From a virus: a stretch of DNA of 64,000 nucleotides. The position numbers were made by a program, and so were the translations under genes. Of the stretch, positions 20,231-29,191 are shown in pieces. The first letter of the stretch is position 1. Each line of letters opens with the position of its first letter. Below the pieces are notes generated by a model. The model searched no databases, was not told where the DNA came from, and saw only the letters and a program-made list of their open reading frames with translations. The DNA lies in IMG/VR virus record IMGVR_UViG_3300021197_001787, positions 32,001 through 96,000 of that record; one strand, 5' to 3'.

Positions 20231-21423
20231 ACGACTCGTACCTCTGGGAAATATCTAATAAACGATAATTCAGAATCGGTGATATCGTTGGCTTTTTCAC
20301 TAATTTCTTTGAAAAAGTTCCAAGCAAGGGGCACCACAACTAATTTTTCAGGATCCTCTTCCGAAAGACATTGTGGATTTTTAATCATTATATCTCGGCC
20401 CGGGGTCATCAGTTCCCATTTAAGTTCGTTGTCATCAACAATATAATCCAAATCAGCTTCTGCAAAATTTAAAAATGTGTTGCCTTTCGCAGCAGCACCA
20501 TAGCCTACAATTTTATAATCTTTATCTTTAAACTTTTGTAATTCATTTTTAAAGTCTATCGCAACTTTTTTACACTTTTTAGCATATTCAACATATGTTT
20601 CAAGATTGTAAAGGCCGGCGTCAGTTTCTTCTTTGATTTTATTTTCTGCTTTTGTTTCATCATGCTGACCCATCCTGAGAATAAACACATAGCTTCCCCC
20701 ATGAATATCCGCCTTTAAGACATTTACAAGCGAAAAACCATTCAGATTAGCGCATGTCTTCATAGATTTTGTATTAAAGAAGGATAAGTGTTCATGGTAA
20801 ATTGTGTCAAATTCATTATTCACTATCATGTCTGCTTGTGAGGTTTGGATAAAGATATTTGTTTTTTCATCGGAAACAATCTTACATGCTTTCAAGAATG
20901 AATGTATATCGTGAGTGTGAGCAAAAACATTTTGTGCAATAATGGCGTCGTAAGTGTCATGTAATTGTCCAGCAACATCTTCACTCCAATAATCACAAGC
21001 AATATTGTGATTTTTGCTACTTAAATGATAAAGATTGACTGCTGGATCAACACCGGTTGTCTTCCATCCTAATTCTTTGAATTTATCTAACTGTGTACCA
21101 TCGTTGCAAGCAATGTCAAGAACACGACGTCTGCCGCGGCTGTAGTGCTCACAAATCTTAGCAAATTCTGTGAAATACTCGTGCAATGTTTTACTAGTAC
21201 CACTGACATATAGATAATCTTTAAACATTAAATCAGGGTCGACTACAACACTGAGTTGCACATGATAACAGGATGAACAAACATTTATCTTTAGTGGATA
21301 TTCCTCTTGTTCTTCCCCTTCATGATAATTGTTCGCTAGAGGTTGATTATTTAAATCAAGTACTTCTACTAATTCTTCACAACCGCAAGCGCGACATTGA
21401 GTGATTTCAGTATAATTTGGCAT
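20227..21423 (-). CDS. NDP-sugar C-methyltransferase (class I SAM, N-terminal Zn-binding domain)
   Basis: CRAC...CSSC zinc site, LDIACNDG SAM motif, IYHEHLSFF, HGGS, GYGAAAKGNT; start set at 21423 (AGGA RBS). Confidence 0.9.
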   Translation of the reverse strand: MPNYTEITQCRACGCEELVEVLDLNNQPLANNYHEGEEQEEYPLKINVCSSCYHVQLSVVVDPDLMFKDYLYVSGTSKTLHEYFTEFAKICEHYSRGRRRVLDIACNDGTQLDKFKELGWKTTGVDPAVNLYHLSSKNHNIACDYWSEDVAGQLHDTYDAIIAQNVFAHTHDIHSFLKACKIVSDEKTNIFIQTSQADMIVNNEFDTIYHEHLSFFNTKSMKTCANLNGFSLVNVLKADIHGGSYVFILRMGQHDETKAENKIKEETDAGLYNLETYVEYAKKCKKVAIDFKNELQKFKDKDYKIVGYGAAAKGNTFLNFAEADLDYIVDDNELKWELMTPGRDIMIKNPQCLSEEDPEKLVVVPLAWNFFKEISEKANDITDSELSFIRYFPEVRVV

Positions 21424-22339
21424 CTGATCTGTTTCCTTTGTTAATTTTATCAAATTGTTCAACGATTGATTGAACAATTGTTGTTGGTGTTTCTTTAAAT
21501 TCAAAATCAAAGACTTCTTCAAATTTTGTTGAATCAATTAAAAAATTGTATGCTTTAGTTTGTAACTTTACGTTTGTTATTGTTTCTGGCAGTGTGTCGA
21601 CTATTTCAAGTTCGGCACCGGTTGTTTTAGCGACTGCTTCTGATATCTGTCTCGCTGTTGAATTAAATGAAGCCACATTGTAAAGGCCACTATTCTCATG
21701 GGTACCTTTCTCAATGACAACTTTCATAGCACGACAGAGGTCTTCAATGCCTAATATTGGACGGTGTACCTCTGGATTAAAGCAGAATACTTTACCATTT
21801 TGTAAAGCATTATATGTCATAGCATTAATCATGATGTCATTTCTTAAGTTTGGGGAAGCTCCGTTAACTGTTCCGAACCTTAAGCCAAAGTATTTTTTGT
21901 CTGATAGCACAGCATATGAATCAATTTCATGCTTTGATAAATCATAATAATTATTTGGTTCAAAACGATTGTATTCTTCGTTGACCACATAGCTCTTAGT
22001 ATCGCCATAGACTGACGATGAACTAGCATAAATAAACGTTTGCTCGGGGTTTAAAAGTTCTAATAGGTGAGCGAAATTCAATACATTATTTTTCAATGTA
22101 GGAACCATGTTGTCCACACACATTTTAACGCTTGAGTGGCCGGCTAACAAAATTACAACATCATAAAATTCAACTTCTTCCTTTGTTAATTGTCCAAAGT
22201 CTTTTACAATATTAAATCTGCTAGTAAAATTACCATACCATTCAATATCTACAGAATCAACTGCATGTTCTTCATTTAATACTTGAAACAGCCGGCTGCC
22301 GATGTAGCCGCAGCCTCCAATTAATAATATGTTAGCCAT
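21407..22339 (-). CDS. NAD-dependent epimerase/dehydratase (SDR)
   Basis: LIGGCGYIG, ASSSSVYG, YDLSK, LRFGTVNGASP. Confidence 0.9.
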   Translation of the reverse strand: MANILLIGGCGYIGSRLFQVLNEEHAVDSVDIEWYGNFTSRFNIVKDFGQLTKEEVEFYDVVILLAGHSSVKMCVDNMVPTLKNNVLNFAHLLELLNPEQTFIYASSSSVYGDTKSYVVNEEYNRFEPNNYYDLSKHEIDSYAVLSDKKYFGLRFGTVNGASPNLRNDIMINAMTYNALQNGKVFCFNPEVHRPILGIEDLCRAMKVVIEKGTHENSGLYNVASFNSTARQISEAVAKTTGAELEIVDTLPETITNVKLQTKAYNFLIDSTKFEEVFDFEFKETPTTIVQSIVEQFDKINKGNRSDAKLY

Positions 22340-23213
22340 CTATAGTTTTCACCTTATCAATATAAAATATATCTGCAAAAGCCGAAGGAAGTGGAACATC
22401 GTTCCTTTCTTCATCGTTCATTTTTAACAGCTGGTCTGAGTATTGCTCGGGAATTTTATTATTGGAAAACGAATAATTAATCTTATACTCCGTGTTATTT
22501 TCTTTCTCTATAGATTTAATATTCGCGTATAATTTATGAATATCATAATAATGGTGTATAAGAATTGGGTTACCTTGTTCATCTTTTCTTGCATGTTTAT
22601 AGAAACCAAATGGAGAAGCATAAGTTTTTTCTTTTACCACTGTTTGTATATAATTAGAGTGTAGCGTGCGGCCCGGGTAAAACCCGAGCTTGGGACAAGT
22701 GATCGGCATATTACCACGATCCCATTTGCCAGGGTACCAACCAATAACTATTGGTTTCTGCTCCGGAGAAATATATTTTAGTTCTTGAACAGAACTTTTA
22801 AATGTAGTGAACACAACACTTTTCTTAGCTACCCTAAGCATTTCCCTCAAAGCTGGTCGATAATCGTAAAGGTGGGTTATAACATCTGTGGCCACAACCA
22901 TATCATAACTTTCGTCTTTAAACTGAAGTTGTTCAATATCACCATATTCTATGTCGATCATATTTTTTTGGGCATCGGCAACAAGCTTTTGAGTTAAATC
23001 AATGCCTTTATATTTGATATCAAGGTTAAACGCCTTCAACACTTTGTATAAAGCCCCATTGCCGGCACCGCAATCAAGGACACTGCTGGATTTTTTATCA
23101 TACATATATCTCGCTAGCAATCTTAATTTGTAGGTATGCTCTGGGGTAGAGTGCCAGTTAGTAAATTCTTCAACGTTAACGCTACTTTCCCAATATGATA
23201 AATACTTATCCAT
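22332..23213 (-). CDS. Class I SAM-dependent methyltransferase
   Basis: VLDCGAGNG motif I, YKGID, ESYDMVVATDVITHL. Confidence 0.85.
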   Translation of the reverse strand: MDKYLSYWESSVNVEEFTNWHSTPEHTYKLRLLARYMYDKKSSSVLDCGAGNGALYKVLKAFNLDIKYKGIDLTQKLVADAQKNMIDIEYGDIEQLQFKDESYDMVVATDVITHLYDYRPALREMLRVAKKSVVFTTFKSSVQELKYISPEQKPIVIGWYPGKWDRGNMPITCPKLGFYPGRTLHSNYIQTVVKEKTYASPFGFYKHARKDEQGNPILIHHYYDIHKLYANIKSIEKENNTEYKINYSFSNNKIPEQYSDQLLKMNDEERNDVPLPSAFADIFYIDKVKTIDG

Positions 23214-24138
23214 TCTTATACTTCTTATTATCCATTTGTACGATAGGAAACACCCTCAGAAGCTCGTCAATGCCTTCGTCAACACTAATTGTGGTATCAT
23301 AGCCTAAACCGTTAATCTTGTCATAGGAGACAACGTAGTCGCGTTTATCAGCGTCACCATCAAAGTCAGCATAATGTACGTAGCAATCAGTCTTTTCTTG
23401 GATTAGTTTGCAAACATCACCCTTTGAGTGGTTCATTGAATTAGAGCCAACGTTGTATACTTCTCCGGACATCTCTTCTGGATGTTCAATAGCAAACATA
23501 AACACTTTGGCGATGTCTTTAACATGAATAAAAGTTCTCATAAAGTGAGATTCATAAACAGCAATATACTTTTGATTGTAAGCTGAATATGACAAATCAT
23601 TTACAAGTAAATCTAACCGTAAACGAGGGCTTACACCAAATGCAGTCGCAAATCTAAATGCGATACCTTTCGGGTACTTCATCACTTCCTCTTCACCAAG
23701 TGTTTTACTTCTTCCATAAATACTCAAAGGATTCAACGGCGTTTCTTCGGTACAGACACCATCTACAGTTCCGTAGTTAGAACCTGTGGAACCATAAAGC
23801 AGCATTTGTTTTCCATCCACTCCGGTAACAACATTGATTGTTCCTTGGTGGTTGACTCTATATGAGTTTTGTTCATCAATTCTACAAGCGGTATACCCTA
23901 CAATAGCTGCAAGGTGTACAATAACATCGTGACCCTTCATTGACTGGTGTAAGAACTCTTTATTCAAAACGTCACCTTTAATAAATGTGAAGTTGGGGTG
24001 TGAGAAGTTGTGGATCAAACCATGGCCTCCATACATAAGACTATCATACACAGTCACTTCATAATCGTTTTCTAATAACATTGGTACTAATGTACAGCCA
24101 ATGTAGCCAGCTCCGCCGGTAATAAACACTTTTTTCAT
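23206..24138 (-). CDS. NAD-dependent epimerase/dehydratase (SDR)
   Basis: ITGGAGYIG, HLAAIVG, YGRSK, FRFATAFGVSPRLRLDLLVN, DKRDY. Confidence 0.92.
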   Translation of the reverse strand: MKKVFITGGAGYIGCTLVPMLLENDYEVTVYDSLMYGGHGLIHNFSHPNFTFIKGDVLNKEFLHQSMKGHDVIVHLAAIVGYTACRIDEQNSYRVNHQGTINVVTGVDGKQMLLYGSTGSNYGTVDGVCTEETPLNPLSIYGRSKTLGEEEVMKYPKGIAFRFATAFGVSPRLRLDLLVNDLSYSAYNQKYIAVYESHFMRTFIHVKDIAKVFMFAIEHPEEMSGEVYNVGSNSMNHSKGDVCKLIQEKTDCYVHYADFDGDADKRDYVVSYDKINGLGYDTTISVDEGIDELLRVFPIVQMDNKKYKNG

Positions 24139-24162
24139 AATTTTTACATACTCCTATTACGT

Positions 24163-24191
24163 ATTATAATCTCAAATGATTGTTTTGTCAA
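24163..24191 (-). promoter_or_regulatory. Perfect-consensus sigma70 promoter
   Basis: Minus strand TTGACA-N17-TATAAT followed by AGGAG RBS and ATG at 24138. Confidence 0.9.
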
Positions 24192-24192
24192 G

Positions 24193-25140
24193 TTAAACTT
24201 TGTCTTCATAATATTTTACAGTATTACGAATCCCTTCTTCGTGATCAAAAAACTTAAAATGAGGCATTATATCATTTAATTTGCTATTGCCTAGAATTTT
24301 AGTAGGGTCACCGTCTGTGTATTTAGTATCAAAGACAATTTCGCCTTCAAACCCACATGCTTTTTTAATTAATTGTGCAGATTCAGCAATAGAGTAACCT
24401 TTTTCCTGACCAATATTGATAGGATATTCCATACTCTCAAGTTTTGCTGCCTGGATAAGCGCCTCAATAAAATCGTCGACATAACACCATTCTCTTATTG
24501 GAGAGCCTGTCCCCCAAACAACAAATTCCGAATCTCCTGCTTTTTTAGCCTTAAGCATCCTGATTACCATTCCGTTGAGCGCATGTGTATGATTTGGGTC
24601 TATAGAGTCGCCCGGGCCATAAGTATTTGGTAAAAGAAGATTAATAGTGTTAACACCGTGTTGTTCTTTGTAACATTCTGCTAAATAATATAATGATCTT
24701 TTTGAATTCCCAAATGAGAAAATAGAGGGATGAACAGCACCAGCAAGCCACTCATTTTCATTTTGAACTGCGCTGTGACCTGGGTACGAACAGTTAGAAA
24801 ATGGTTGAATAACCGTGGCTTTGGACTTATTTTCTACAATAGCTCGGTAAAGATTCAGTCCCATTTGAACATTATCCGAATATACTGAGGCTGCATATTC
24901 TTTTACATAATGTAAGCTACCCCCATGAGAGGCAACATTATAAATATAATCAGGTTGTGATTCAAGAATACAATCAGAAATAGCCTTATAATCTAGGATA
25001 TCTAATCCAGTGGTCAAAGAAACACCCGTTACTTTTGGTTTATCGTCCATAGCACCATCACCAATCGTTTCTACAGTTTTTAATTTGTTAACGAGATTCT
25101 TACCAATAAATCCGGTAGATCCCAATACTAATACATTCAT
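24193..25140 (-). CDS. Second GDP-fucose-synthase-like epimerase/reductase
   Basis: LGSTGFIG, NCSYPG, PNTYGPGD, HALNGMV, VWGTGSPIREW, DGDP. Confidence 0.85.
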   Translation of the reverse strand: MNVLVLGSTGFIGKNLVNKLKTVETIGDGAMDDKPKVTGVSLTTGLDILDYKAISDCILESQPDYIYNVASHGGSLHYVKEYAASVYSDNVQMGLNLYRAIVENKSKATVIQPFSNCSYPGHSAVQNENEWLAGAVHPSIFSFGNSKRSLYYLAECYKEQHGVNTINLLLPNTYGPGDSIDPNHTHALNGMVIRMLKAKKAGDSEFVVWGTGSPIREWCYVDDFIEALIQAAKLESMEYPINIGQEKGYSIAESAQLIKKACGFEGEIVFDTKYTDGDPTKILGNSKLNDIMPHFKFFDHEEGIRNTVKYYEDKV

Positions 25141-25829
25141 TTTTTCTCCTTGTAATATCTAAATTCATGTCCGTGCAACTTAAGCCTTGGGCCAAATTTA
25201 CCTATAGCTGTTGCTCTTATAACTCTTTCTAATTGTTGTCGTGATATTTGATTATTAATCACTTGTAAGTTGTCAATGTGTTTAATTCTTCCGACTTTTT
25301 TTGACCACTTTATATTTTTATTTAACTCAACATATTGCTTTAAGATAATTGGGTCATATCTTGTAATAGTGGTGACCAAATCATAAAAAGCTACCAGTTG
25401 TTTCATATGTACTCTAGGTAATAGAGTTTCAATTGAATCACCGGGCATTATTGGTATTTCATAAACTTTAATTATTTCACCATTATCAATAAATTCATTT
25501 AAGAAGTGTATGGTAATACCAGTTGTTTTCTCATTATTGTAGAGTGCCCAATTGACACATCCGGACCCCGGGTAGCTAGGTGAGCCGGGATGCAGGTTAA
25601 TGGCAGCGATAGAGGCATTGTCTAATAAACTTTTTGGAAGAATATAATAAGATTTCATGTGAATGATATAATCGCCTTTCCAATTGAGATACTCAAGCGG
25701 TAATTTATCGCGCCTATTTTTAGAAGACTTGAGCCAACTAACGTCAAAGCCACACACATTTAAAAACTCATTGGCCTTTTGACAGTATTCACAATCCTCA
25801 AAACCAATAAACAAAACTTGTTGTTTCAT
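25137..25829 (-). CDS. Formyltransferase (N10-formyl-THF-dependent, sugar N-formyltransferase-like)
   Basis: INLHPG catalytic motif, GITIHF, IDNGEII. Confidence 0.8.
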   Translation of the reverse strand: MKQQVLFIGFEDCEYCQKANEFLNVCGFDVSWLKSSKNRRDKLPLEYLNWKGDYIIHMKSYYILPKSLLDNASIAAINLHPGSPSYPGSGCVNWALYNNEKTTGITIHFLNEFIDNGEIIKVYEIPIMPGDSIETLLPRVHMKQLVAFYDLVTTITRYDPIILKQYVELNKNIKWSKKVGRIKHIDNLQVINNQISRQQLERVIRATAIGKFGPRLKLHGHEFRYYKEKK

Positions 25830-26434
25830 TCTCTCTTAAATCTTCCTTGCTTAAAAACATCCAAAGTGGTCAAATCGACCCAATCAGTATAAACCCATTT
25901 CTTGGGAGGAGTTTCAATAGCAGCAGGAAGTTTTTGTAAACCCAATTCAGCAGTCTCCGGGGTCATATAATAATGATAACCAATCGTTTGTATATTTTGC
26001 ACAGACCATGATTCATCAGGGCTTCTACCATCATACGACATTTTCTTTAGAATGTCGTAATCTTCTTTATTATCAAATAAAATAATCCCGCCGCGGCCAA
26101 GACTTAGGTGCTTCCTAAATTGAAAACTAACACACATATACGTGCCGGGAATATAACTACCTGCCTGCCAATATACAGCAGCATCAACAATGTCATCAGT
26201 CATATAATAGTAATCCTGCCACTCGTCATCAGTCCATTCAATCTCTAAATCTAATTTCTCTGCTAACATGGGAACAGAAAGATAAGTGTGCTTTGGCACA
26301 GTAATCTTTTGTGCACCTTTCATTCGTAAACAAAGTTCCAAACCATGTGTACAACAATCTACTGCGACCGCGTATGGGGCCCCGAAGAACTTTGCTATCT
26401 CTTTCTCAAAATCGGCGATTACTTCAAATGACAT
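25826..26434 (-). CDS. Short DegT/DnrJ/EryC1/StrS-family PLP-dependent aminotransferase
   Basis: AVAVDCCTHGL, VDAA, SFQFRKHLSLGRGG (PLP Lys), GYHYYM; only 202 aa. Confidence 0.8.
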   Translation of the reverse strand: MSFEVIADFEKEIAKFFGAPYAVAVDCCTHGLELCLRMKGAQKITVPKHTYLSVPMLAEKLDLEIEWTDDEWQDYYYMTDDIVDAAVYWQAGSYIPGTYMCVSFQFRKHLSLGRGGIILFDNKEDYDILKKMSYDGRSPDESWSVQNIQTIGYHYYMTPETAELGLQKLPAAIETPPKKWVYTDWVDLTTLDVFKQGRFKRE

Positions 26435-27390
26435 TATAGCTCCTTAATATATTCTATAAGTTTCTTAGCCATATGGTGCCATGTATAGTTGTTGATGGCT
26501 GTATCATAGGCTGTTTCAATGACCCGGTTCATTTCGCTTTCATTATTCAAATAATAATCAAGCTTTTCATCAAAATCACTTAAATCATTATTAAATATAA
26601 CACAATTCACACCATCTGTAAAGTAATCTTCGTACTGCTCGGGCATATTGTTGCAAAGCAGTAGAGTCTTTGAGAGCATAACCTCAAAGTATCGAGGACT
26701 AACATCTAAAACCGGGCCAGTTGTACCGAGCCACATTTTACACTCATTAATTTTCGTAGCATATTCTTCTGTAGAATTAATCCTATATTCCATTGTGTTG
26801 CTTGAGTTCCAGAAGATATTCCGTTCTCGTTGAATTAATTTATTGTAGACTCTTTCACGTAAGTTAGCAGTGGGTCCTTGAATCTTCTGGCGGCCGTCAT
26901 TCTCTTTACCATGTAATGCACCGCTAAAACCTATATCATATTTCTTTTCCACTTCACGTGGGTAAAATAATTTTGGAGCTGCGGTAAAGGGGAGTCTGAT
27001 TGATTTAATTCCTGTTTTAGCTTGAAACTCTTTGTATGTACATTGAGAATCGACAATTAAATCAACTTCATTATCCTCACAAAAATCTAGTTTTTTATTC
27101 AGCATAGTTTGAGGTTTGTGAATCATACATACAACAGGAATGTCAACTGTATTCAATCCTTCAATTACATTGAAAAAATCAGGATGACTTTGTGCAAAAT
27201 ATCCAAGTCCAAATATTATACAGTCAACACCTCCATCAATTTGAGATAATATATCATTAATATTTGTCGGTACACCCTGCAATAAATAAACCTGTGCTAA
27301 TAATTTTAGCTCTCTAAATAAATCTCCATAATATTGGTACGTGTGGTCATCAGATACAACGTTGCCATAATCTATATAGAGGATCTTCAT
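26434..27390 (-). CDS. Glycosyltransferase (GT-B, CgeB/YkvP-like)
   Basis: YDIGFSG, SPRYFEVMLSKTLLL, YFTDG..CVIF, YTWHHMA. Confidence 0.8.
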   Translation of the reverse strand: MKILYIDYGNVVSDDHTYQYYGDLFRELKLLAQVYLLQGVPTNINDILSQIDGGVDCIIFGLGYFAQSHPDFFNVIEGLNTVDIPVVCMIHKPQTMLNKKLDFCEDNEVDLIVDSQCTYKEFQAKTGIKSIRLPFTAAPKLFYPREVEKKYDIGFSGALHGKENDGRQKIQGPTANLRERVYNKLIQRERNIFWNSSNTMEYRINSTEEYATKINECKMWLGTTGPVLDVSPRYFEVMLSKTLLLCNNMPEQYEDYFTDGVNCVIFNNDLSDFDEKLDYYLNNESEMNRVIETAYDTAINNYTWHHMAKKLIEYIKEL

Positions 27391-28280
27391 CTAGAGTTAT
27401 CCTTAACACCCGGTGCGTAGTCTTGTAGGTGCCGTAGAGCACCTTGAGCATGGTAGCCCTCATCAACGGTCTTAAAGTCGTAGATATCGTCAGCATAGTG
27501 GATTAAATAGAACAAACTGTTAACGTCATTATCTCCCCAACGGTACTTGTAGATTCCTCCATATTTATTGACTGCATTAATCCATTGTTTCCACTCCGGA
27601 GTCTCAAACATACTGAGTCTTATAATATATGAATCCGCACATGGGTAAAAATGAAAATTCGTGTCGGCATCAGGATCGGTCATCAAGTCTTGCATAAATT
27701 TAGACTTTGGTGTCACATTATAATGCTTAAGATAAACTTTAATAAAATTCCAAAGGTTAATACGTGTATCAAAGTTTCCTTGATGCGGCTTTTTAACAGT
27801 TTGATCGTAGACTTTCATAGCCGCCATATCAACATCTTTCATATCTTCCATTCTTTCAAAAAAGTCGTAGGGCATATCATCTGTAAATTGTGATTCGTCA
27901 TCAATATGTAATGAATAATCGTAAAGATGGTAATCAGTGTTTGGGTACCCATGAAAATTACACATAAAATGACACATATGCAAGTAGCCTTTGCGACTAA
28001 TTGGGAATTGTGTGCGCGCGTACCATACATCGCTCCTGTTATAGAACATTTCATCTTCTTTAATAAAACTTGGAGTTTCATATGGAATTGATCTAAAAAT
28101 AACATTTTGGCCCGTTGTACCTACAACTTCTTTTTGTAATTCTTCCGAGTCATAAATATCGTCAAAATAATATACATACACAGGGTAATCGTATTTATGA
28201 TTATATCTCTCCCACACAGATTGTAAACAAGGTTTCAGGCATACAGCCCTTGACGAGATTACGTTAATACAAGCTTTCAT
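27387..28280 (-). CDS. GT15 (Kre2/Mnt1-like) alpha-mannosyltransferase-like protein
   Basis: GYLHMCHF and GGIYKYRWGD match the GT15 motifs SYRHMCRF and GG..YERWGDA; DD motif (HIDDES). Confidence 0.7.
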   Translation of the reverse strand: MKACINVISSRAVCLKPCLQSVWERYNHKYDYPVYVYYFDDIYDSEELQKEVVGTTGQNVIFRSIPYETPSFIKEDEMFYNRSDVWYARTQFPISRKGYLHMCHFMCNFHGYPNTDYHLYDYSLHIDDESQFTDDMPYDFFERMEDMKDVDMAAMKVYDQTVKKPHQGNFDTRINLWNFIKVYLKHYNVTPKSKFMQDLMTDPDADTNFHFYPCADSYIIRLSMFETPEWKQWINAVNKYGGIYKYRWGDNDVNSLFYLIHYADDIYDFKTVDEGYHAQGALRHLQDYAPGVKDNSR

Positions 28281-29191
28281 TATTCTACTCCTTCTACATA
28301 ACTTAAAGCAATGGCGCCATCGTTAGCACTACAAAGTGTACCAATGTCGCCGGTTTTTATATATTTTACAAATGATTTTAATTGAAGTTCAAGGGCATCA
28401 GTTCTATCAATATCAAGTGACTGAATGCTGTACCCCTCAAAATTTTCATTATTGGTAAACATATCAACTTTCTTCTTAAGAAGGTCGATAGCAAAATATC
28501 TTTCATTTGTTAATATTTTTATTTTTCTTTCTCTGAAAGGGAACAACCATGAAGTTCTTACAGTCGCAAGGGCCCCATCAAAAAATTTAATTATGAATAC
28601 TGCATCGTCATCGTTGTCATTAATATTATTAGAATCAAGACTATAGCATTCTTTTATTTTTGATTTGCTAATCAAATTCATTAAATCAATATCATGTATA
28701 CTCAAATCTAATTTAACACCGACGTCTGTTATTCTTGAGGGGTACCCACTAAATCTGGATGCTTCAATATGAATGATTTTCTCATTCTTCAAGAAGGGTA
28801 ATAACGCTTGGATTGCAGGGTTAAATCTTTCAATATGGCCTACAACTAATTTGCAGTTATTCTTATGAGCTAACAAATACAAACTTCTTGCTTCTTGACT
28901 GTTTTTAGCTATGGGTTTCTCAACCAATAGATTAATTTTTTCATTTAACAATCTCTCTGCAACTTCAAAATGAGTTGAAGTTGGGGTTGCTATTATGGCA
29001 GCATCAAGGGTGTGGTTTTTTATTAAGTCTTCAATATTATCATATTGCTGAATACTAGACAATTCATCTAAATTATTATTTACTGGGTCTACAATTGCCA
29101 CTAATTCAACTTCAGGTGTATTTCTTATTGTTTTAAGGTGGTTGCGGCCCATAGAACCTAAACCTATTAATGCAATTTTAAGTTTATTCAT
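28280..29191 (-). CDS. Gfo/Idh/MocA family oxidoreductase (WbpB/WlbA-like sugar 3-dehydrogenase)
   Basis: IGLGSMG, VEKPI, VGHIERFNPA, DLSIHDID. Confidence 0.9.
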   Translation of the reverse strand: MNKLKIALIGLGSMGRNHLKTIRNTPEVELVAIVDPVNNNLDELSSIQQYDNIEDLIKNHTLDAAIIATPTSTHFEVAERLLNEKINLLVEKPIAKNSQEARSLYLLAHKNNCKLVVGHIERFNPAIQALLPFLKNEKIIHIEASRFSGYPSRITDVGVKLDLSIHDIDLMNLISKSKIKECYSLDSNNINDNDDDAVFIIKFFDGALATVRTSWLFPFRERKIKILTNERYFAIDLLKKKVDMFTNNENFEGYSIQSLDIDRTDALELQLKSFVKYIKTGDIGTLCSANDGAIALSYVEGVE

